Notes under the pieces: generated by a model
What the model was told of the DNA's origin: nothing
What the model saw: the letters and a program-made list of their open reading frames with translations, nothing else
Databases searched by the model: none
Position numbers and translations under genes: made by a program
NCBI GenBank assembly: GCA_016197005.1
Contig: JACPWO010000004.1
Span: 6,305 to 70,304, forward strand
DNA length: 64,000 nt
Direction of reading: 5' to 3'
Source of the DNA: Candidatus Anderseniibacteriota bacterium
Lineage (GTDB): Bacteria; Patescibacteriota; Andersenbacteria; UBA10190
Shown: piece after piece, positions 58,430 through 64,000 of the stretch
How the letters are laid out: each line of letters begins with the position of its first letter
How positions within the stretch are numbered: position 1 is the stretch's first letter

Positions 58430-60667
58430 ATGCGACTTAATCCTTTCTCGCGACCTCCTCGGAGTCGGAGTCGATCAGTAGAAAGTGAGCCATGGCTACG
58501 TCCTGAAACCCGCGAGGCCATTATTGGAGTTGTCCTCATTATTGCCTCTCTTATTGTCATTTTGAGCTTCTTTTCAGCAGCTGGGCCTGTCGGTGAAGCG
58601 TCTTTATCGGGTCTGCGTTACCTGTTTGGCCTCCTGGCGTATGTGGTACCACTTCTAGCAGGAGCAATTGGAATTTATTTGGTATATCCCGGGGAGAGTC
58701 AGTTTCCGCGCCTGCGCGCCTTTGGAGTGTGTCTTACCTTTCTTGGGTTAGTTGGATTATTCCATTCAATCGGTATTACGGCTGAAGATGCCCTCGAAGC
58801 TGCTCGTGATGGTCGCGGTGGTGGACTGGTTGGTTTTGCGCTCGTATGGCCACTCAATGTAGCGTTTGGCAGAATTGCTTCCACTCTTTTGTTTGTGGCT
58901 ACCTTGCTCATTGGTGCTTTTCTTACACTGAATATTTCTCCTATGGATATTCGCCGCTGGCTTGCCGCTTGGTGGGCAACTGCAGAAAGTGACGAGGAAG
59001 TTAGCGAAGAAATATATGAAGAAGGCGAGGAAGTACCGGAAGGCGAATCACCAATGCGTATTCCGCATTTCCGTATTAGTCGGGTAAAGCCAGGTGAGCC
59101 TGACCCTAATCAGATGCAACTAGAGCAACAAAAGAAAGTGGAAGAAGAACAGCGGCAGCGAGTATCTCAGCAATTGCGATCGGCTAACAAACGATATAGT
59201 CCGCCAGACCTTAATCTCCTGCATGTTTCTGTTGGAAGGGCCGATACCGGAAATATAAAAGAGAATAAGGAAAAGATTCGTGAGACGCTGGAGAAGTTCG
59301 GTATTGAAGTGAAAATGGACAAAGTAAACGAAGGTCCAACTGTAGCCCAATATACGCTCGTGCCGGCCCCAGGTGTAAAACTGGCTCGTATTACCGCTCT
59401 GCAAAATGACTTAGCGCTGGCTTTAGCTGCTCACCCAATTCGTATCGAAGCACCTATTCCGAAAACTCATTTAGTGGGTATTGAAATACCGAATCGGGAA
59501 GTGTCATTGGTGCGAGTGCGAGACTTGATTGGCGGCAAGGGATTTAAGCAATCGCCTTCTCCTTTAACGATTGCGTTAGGGAAAGACGTCTCTGGTATTC
59601 CGCGGTATGCCAGTCTTGATCGCATGCCTCATCTTTTGATTGCTGGTGCTACCGGATCTGGCAAGTCCATTTTTGTGAATACACTCATTATGTCCCTCCT
59701 ATACCGAAACAGTCCCTCGTTAGTTAGGTTTATTATGGTGGATCCGAAACGAGTAGAGCTGTCGTTGTATAACGGTATTCCACATCTACTAACGCCAGTT
59801 ATCATGGAGCCAGATAAAACGATTAATGCACTCAAATGGGCAGTGCGTGAAATGGAACGCCGCTACCGACTATTATCCGAATCCGGCTCTCGTAACCTCA
59901 TGTCGTTTAATGCGAACAATCCAGAAGAAGCCCTCCCTATGATCGTTATCATCATCGATGAGTTAGCTGACCTTATGGCCACACACGCCCGAGACGTGGA
60001 AGGCGTTATTGTACGTCTGTCTCAAATGGCTCGAGCTATTGGTATCCATTTGGTGCTGGCTACCCAACGTCCTTCCGTAAACGTTATTACCGGCCTTATC
60101 AAAGCAAATATTCCAGCTCGAGCTGCCTTTAATGTGGCTTCGCAAATTGATTCACGTACTATTTTGGATGGAGCGGGAGCTGAGAAACTCTTGGGTTCAG
60201 GAGATATGTTGTACTTGTCGGGTGATCAGGCAAAACCCGTCCGTATTCAAGGAGGATTTGTTTCTGAAGAGGAAGTTCGCGCTGTGGTAAAGGATATAAT
60301 CAAGCGCAATCCCATGGATATTGAGCACGAGGACGCTATTGTTAATCCGATTCGAGAAGTATCGTCCGGCAGCGGCGATGCCGGTGAAGATGATTTGTTT
60401 GAAGATGCTCGGCAGCTGGTAACAGAATCAGGTAAGGCTAGTGCCTCTCTTTTACAGCGTCGTCTGCGCGTTGGGTACTCGCGAGCCGCTCGTCTTTTAG
60501 ATATGTTGGAAGAGCAAGGGATTATTGGTCAACAAGAAGGGAATAAACCTCGCGAAGTACTAGTTAGCTCCGAAGTGGAAGTGCCACGAGATGAAGAAGA
60601 GCCAATACCTGCGGGGGAAGAGATGGTAGAAGAAGATGACGACACACCCGAAGACTTCACCCGTTAA
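58430..60667 (+). CDS. ftsK: DNA translocase FtsK/SpoIIIE
   Basis: N-terminal TM helices are present. Walker A is GATGSGKS. The C-terminal gamma winged-helix domain is present. Confidence 0.9.
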   Translation: MRLNPFSRPPRSRSRSVESEPWLRPETREAIIGVVLIIASLIVILSFFSAAGPVGEASLSGLRYLFGLLAYVVPLLAGAIGIYLVYPGESQFPRLRAFGVCLTFLGLVGLFHSIGITAEDALEAARDGRGGGLVGFALVWPLNVAFGRIASTLLFVATLLIGAFLTLNISPMDIRRWLAAWWATAESDEEVSEEIYEEGEEVPEGESPMRIPHFRISRVKPGEPDPNQMQLEQQKKVEEEQRQRVSQQLRSANKRYSPPDLNLLHVSVGRADTGNIKENKEKIRETLEKFGIEVKMDKVNEGPTVAQYTLVPAPGVKLARITALQNDLALALAAHPIRIEAPIPKTHLVGIEIPNREVSLVRVRDLIGGKGFKQSPSPLTIALGKDVSGIPRYASLDRMPHLLIAGATGSGKSIFVNTLIMSLLYRNSPSLVRFIMVDPKRVELSLYNGIPHLLTPVIMEPDKTINALKWAVREMERRYRLLSESGSRNLMSFNANNPEEALPMIVIIIDELADLMATHARDVEGVIVRLSQMARAIGIHLVLATQRPSVNVITGLIKANIPARAAFNVASQIDSRTILDGAGAEKLLGSGDMLYLSGDQAKPVRIQGGFVSEEEVRAVVKDIIKRNPMDIEHEDAIVNPIREVSSGSGDAGEDDLFEDARQLVTESGKASASLLQRRLRVGYSRAARLLDMLEEQGIIGQQEGNKPREVLVSSEVEVPRDEEEPIPAGEEMVEEDDDTPEDFTR

Positions 60668-61307
60668 CGTTGGAGCAACATTGCAGGCAGCGCGAGTTGC
60701 CCAGAGGCGCTCGCTGGAAGAAGCCTCCAAGGAACTTCGTATTCCTCTTAGGCAGCTTGAAGCTCTCGAACATGATCAGCCACAAACATTCTCGGCAACG
60801 GTGTATGCCTTAGGGGCACTACGAGCATATGCCAAGTGGTTGGGGCTTGAGGAGCGACCACTAGAACGAGCAGTGGCCTCCGCTCTTCGAGAAAAATCTC
60901 GGCCGCGGCCGCTAAAACTTGCTACGTTTGCTCGCTGGCACGAGCGAGTGTTGTCGGGAAGTACTGTCCTGACGATGAGTATTGCGCTGGGTGTATTGGT
61001 AGTAGGTGGGTATGTTGTCTGGCAAGTAAATTCTTTTTGGCGTCTGCCACATCTTACGCTATCTTCTCCAGCTCAAAATGTAGTGGAAGGTGATGCTGTA
61101 ACGGTAAGTGGTATGAGTGAACGCGATGCACGGGTACAAATTAATGGCGAGACTATTATGCTGCGCGAAGATAATTCGTTTGAACACACGGTCCCGATTG
61201 AGCCTGGTATTACCATTGTGCGGGTAGAAGCTCATGGTCCTTCTGGGCGGGTAGCTGTGCAAGAAAAGCATTTGCTTAAGGTGCGCAGCGGCGGTACGGT
61301 GAGATGA
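60636..61307 (+). CDS. RodZ-like helix-turn-helix membrane protein (HTH, TM, C-terminal beta domain); start uncertain
   Basis: The HTH reads [31 protein letters not shown]...[13 protein letters not shown], as in RodZ. The TM helix reads [19 protein letters not shown]. The ORF overlaps the end of ftsK. Confidence 0.5.
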   Translation: MTTHPKTSPVNVGATLQAARVAQRRSLEEASKELRIPLRQLEALEHDQPQTFSATVYALGALRAYAKWLGLEERPLERAVASALREKSRPRPLKLATFARWHERVLSGSTVLTMSIALGVLVVGGYVVWQVNSFWRLPHLTLSSPAQNVVEGDAVTVSGMSERDARVQINGETIMLREDNSFEHTVPIEPGITIVRVEAHGPSGRVAVQEKHLLKVRSGGTVR

Positions 61308-62344
61308 TGACTAAGACGAAAGAAAAAACTGCCGAAAAGGTCGACGATAAAGCAGTCAGTGTAACCGCAGCAATTGATACAATAAAAGAACGATTTGGCG
61401 AAGGCGCAATTATGCGTCTGGGAGAAATTAAAAAAGTAGACGTGGATGCTATTTCTACCGGCTCAATCTCGCTGGATATTGCTCTGGGAATCGGCGGTGT
61501 ACCACGCGGGCGTATTATTGAGGTGTACGGCCCAGAATCTTCCGGAAAATCTACGTTAGCTCTTCACATCACTGCCAATGCTCAGAAAAAGGGCGGGACA
61601 GTTGCCTATGTTGATGCCGAACACGCGCTTGATCCGCAGTATGCCAAGCGGGTAGGTGTCAATTTAAATAACCTTCTTATTAGCCAGCCAGATACTGGGG
61701 AGCAGGCTCTCGAAATTGTAGAAACACTTGTACGATCCGGTGCAGTTGATCTTATTGTTATTGACTCTGTTGCGGCCCTTACTCCTCGGGCTGAAATTGA
61801 AGGAGAAATGGGAGATTCACACATGGGCTTACAGGCTCGACTTATGAGCCAAGCGTTGCGTAAGCTCACCGCTATTGTCTCTAAGACAAATACGACGATT
61901 GTTTTCATTAACCAGATTCGCATGAAAATTGGCGTTATGTTCGGTAATCCTGAAGAAACAACAGGTGGAAAAGCTCTTAAGTTCTACTCCTCTGTTCGTA
62001 TCGATTTACGTCGCCGGGCTCAGATTAAAATGGGTGAAGATAAGATTATTGGTAATCGAGTTCATGCCAAGATTGTGAAGAACAAAGTTGCCCCACCATT
62101 TAAAGTAGCTGAGTTCGATATTATGTATAACCAAGGAATTAGCTACGAAGGAGATTTGATTGATATCGGTGTGGTCTACAAAGTTATTGAAAAAGCTGGT
62201 GCTTGGTTTTCATATAAAGGAGAAAAATTGGGTCAGGGTCGTGAAGCTTCAAAAGCGTTCTTGAGAGAAAACCCCAAGACAGCGAAAGACATTGATACTG
62301 AGATTTGGAAAGCAGTAGAGGCCGAAGAAAAAGCCGCGCAGTAA
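61304..62344 (+). CDS. recA: Recombinase RecA
   Basis: Walker A is GPESSGKST. The motif [31 protein letters not shown] is present. The protein is 346 aa. Confidence 0.97.
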   Translation: MMTKTKEKTAEKVDDKAVSVTAAIDTIKERFGEGAIMRLGEIKKVDVDAISTGSISLDIALGIGGVPRGRIIEVYGPESSGKSTLALHITANAQKKGGTVAYVDAEHALDPQYAKRVGVNLNNLLISQPDTGEQALEIVETLVRSGAVDLIVIDSVAALTPRAEIEGEMGDSHMGLQARLMSQALRKLTAIVSKTNTTIVFINQIRMKIGVMFGNPEETTGGKALKFYSSVRIDLRRRAQIKMGEDKIIGNRVHAKIVKNKVAPPFKVAEFDIMYNQGISYEGDLIDIGVVYKVIEKAGAWFSYKGEKLGQGREASKAFLRENPKTAKDIDTEIWKAVEAEEKAAQ

Positions 62345-62348
62345 TCCT

Positions 62349-62657
62349 TATTTGTTTATAGCCAAAATGGCGTCGAAGTTATCGTCGATCGCAATTTTGT
62401 TGCGCTGAATTTTACCGCACCGCTGGCATTCGTGAACAAGATCCAATTTTGCCGGATCGACTCCTTCGACGCCTACGGCCGGCATCAACCCGCCACAGCT
62501 ACTGGCGCGGTCGCCTGGTATTTTGTCATCGACGTGTTTAGAGGTAAGGCAATAGGGGCAATGATTTCGAGACGTACTCCGGGCAGGTAGTACGTCTTTT
62601 TTACAGATCTCGCAGGTAAACCCCTCGTTGCGGGGAATGAAATTTTTTTGCTCCAGA
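62349..62657 (-). CDS. RNHCP-domain zinc-finger protein; the reading frame is open but has no canonical in-frame start codon
   Basis: My translation gives ...FIPRNEGFTCEICKKDVLPARSTSRNHCPYCLTSKHVDDK...CGG...HECQRCGK... with Cys pairs and an RNHCP signature. Upstream in frame there is only CTG/ATT before a TGA. Confidence 0.4.
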
Positions 62658-62903
62658 TTATTCTTGACCGCGGTATTTGATCAGACCCATCTCGCGGGCT
62701 TGTTTGATCTCCCGTGCAATCTTGCGTTGGTGACGAGCGGTTATACCAGTCTTACGGCGAGGAAGAATCTTACCTTGGGTACTAATGAAAAGGCGGAGTA
62801 ATTCCGTGTCGCGGAATGTTACCTGATCCAACACTTCTGCTTGCAGCAGTTGTTCAATAGATTTCTTTTGGCGGGAACGAGTTTTCGGGCGCTTCATTTG
62901 CAT
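62658..62903 (-). CDS. rpsR: 30S ribosomal protein S18
   Basis: The segment ...FRDTELLRLFISTQGKILPRRKTGITARHQRKIAREIKQAREMGLI is S18-like. The start was placed at the internal Met (MQMKRPK). Confidence 0.8.
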   Translation of the reverse strand: MQMKRPKTRSRQKKSIEQLLQAEVLDQVTFRDTELLRLFISTQGKILPRRKTGITARHQRKIAREIKQAREMGLIKYRGQE

Positions 62904-62913
62904 AGTAATAAAA

Positions 62914-63375
62914 TTAGAATGGGATATCTTCAATGCGAATCTCTTCGTCAGACGTAGGCTGTGCTTCACTCATGGCCATAGCAGGAGCTGGTGTGGCTGT
63001 TTGTTTTTGGGCCGGGCGACTTGCTTGAGCTGGAGAACTACCTTCGCCACGGCTACCTAACATAATCATGTTATCGGCGACTACTTCAGTTCGGTATCGC
63101 TTCTGTTTATCTTGGCCTTCCCAGCTACGAGTTTGCAGGTGTCCTTCGAGGTATATTTGCTTCCCTTTCGTTAGGTATTGAGCGCAGATTTCAGCCAGAC
63201 GTCTCCAAGCAACAACATTGTGAAATTCAGTATTTTCTTTTTGTGTTCCCTGATCGTCTTTCCAAACACGGCTAGTTGCAATGGAGAAATTGGTTACGGC
63301 CACGCCTTGAGGAGTAGTGCGAGCTTCTGGATCTCGTGTCAGGCGACCAATAAGCATTACTTTATTGAGATCCAT
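62914..63375 (-). CDS. ssb: Single-stranded DNA-binding protein
   Basis: The OB fold reads MLIGRLTRDPE...FHNVVAWRRLAE. An acidic C-terminal tail ends in DIPF. Confidence 0.9.
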   Translation of the reverse strand: MDLNKVMLIGRLTRDPEARTTPQGVAVTNFSIATSRVWKDDQGTQKENTEFHNVVAWRRLAEICAQYLTKGKQIYLEGHLQTRSWEGQDKQKRYRTEVVADNMIMLGSRGEGSSPAQASRPAQKQTATPAPAMAMSEAQPTSDEEIRIEDIPF

Positions 63376-63377
63376 AC

Positions 63378-63818
63378 TTATTTAACTTCCTCTGTTAAGA
63401 CATCTTCAATGCCCTTTTCAACGTCCTCCATCGTTACCTTCTTTTCTTCAGCTTTCTTAGTAGCCTTCGGAACAAGAGCTTTTTTGTCAGTCGTTAACAT
63501 CTCTCGGATCATATCGGCGTTAATGGCTTCACGAGGCGGTGTATTCAAGATGGTAAAGCGGAGGACACCAGCGTTCCGTTTGAGCCAATCATGGATGTCT
63601 GCGATCTTCTCAGGAGCAATAAGAACGTTAATTGTTCGCAGAAAACCAGCTCGTTCCTTCGCTATAGGGTAGGAGAGCTGACGGCGGAGGGCAGCAGAAG
63701 CCCGTTCAATCTTGCCCTCTAAGGCAGAGATCTTTTCCTCTAGTTCCCCATTCAGCTTATCGCGGTCCTCATCGACCGTTTTTGGGCTGATAATATAGGT
63801 GATTTCGTAGGTATTCAT
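63378..63818 (-). CDS. rpsF: 30S ribosomal protein S6 (with C-terminal extension)
   Basis: The N-terminus reads MNTYEITYIISPK...RRQLSYPI. The classic rpsF-ssb-rpsR gene order is present. Confidence 0.75.
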   Translation of the reverse strand: MNTYEITYIISPKTVDEDRDKLNGELEEKISALEGKIERASAALRRQLSYPIAKERAGFLRTINVLIAPEKIADIHDWLKRNAGVLRFTILNTPPREAINADMIREMLTTDKKALVPKATKKAEEKKVTMEDVEKGIEDVLTEEVK

Positions 63819-63883
63819 GTGGAATAAACCTAGCGAAATGGCCTAAATATGTCAATTTTGACTAAATGAGTTTAATGTGCCGT

Positions 63884-64000
63884 TTAGTTAAATTTGAAAA
63901 GCATGACATCGCCATCTTTTACGACATATTCCTTACCTTCATCTCTGACTTTTCCGGCTGATCTGGCAGCCGCGTAAGACCCCAGCGTATCCAAGTCGCT
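63884..64000 (-). CDS. ychF: Ribosome-binding ATPase YchF, C-terminal end (partial; continues beyond the window)
   Basis: The minus strand encodes ...[23 protein letters not shown], which is the typical YchF TGS-domain C-terminus. Confidence 0.6.
   Translation of the reverse strand, partial: SDLDTLGSYAAARSAGKVRDEGKEYVVKDGDVMLFKFN

Overview
This window is a gene-dense bacterial chromosomal segment. Its small genes, truncated TsaB and compact operons are consistent with an uncultivated Patescibacteria/CPR-type genome, but that is inference only. Most of it is housekeeping: polA, holA, rpsT, truB, efp, pepF, murB, uvrB, ruvA, a FemAB/Mur-ligase pair, rpoB-rpoC, ftsK, recA and the rpsF-ssb-rpsR operon. 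There is also a glycan biosynthesis island (gmd-rmd, a NeuB-like nonulosonate synthase fused to a TIM barrel, a CMP-sugar cytidylyltransferase, a YhcH protein, a methyltransferase, an SDR and an AKR), a giant LamG-repeat surface protein, a sigma-70 gene followed by GH1/GH5-like glycosidase genes, and a membrane-anchored VirD4-like ATPase operon. The standout is a complete diversity-generating retroelement (DGR) at about 37.77-40.82 kb. It comprises a target gene whose C-terminal variable repeat (VR) differs from a downstream template repeat (TR) at about 23 positions by my hand alignment, every one of them a TR adenine. An Avd four-helix-bundle gene lies antisense between TR and the reverse transcriptase (RT). 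The RT carries the DGR-specific IGxxxSQ motif, but its reading frame is split inside a (GA)17 microsatellite, which may be a phase-variable switch or an assembly error. A roughly 300-nt highly structured intergenic RNA candidate with an intrinsic terminator follows polA; I could not resolve its identity. All calls come from reading the sequence and ORF translations by eye; no database searches were run.
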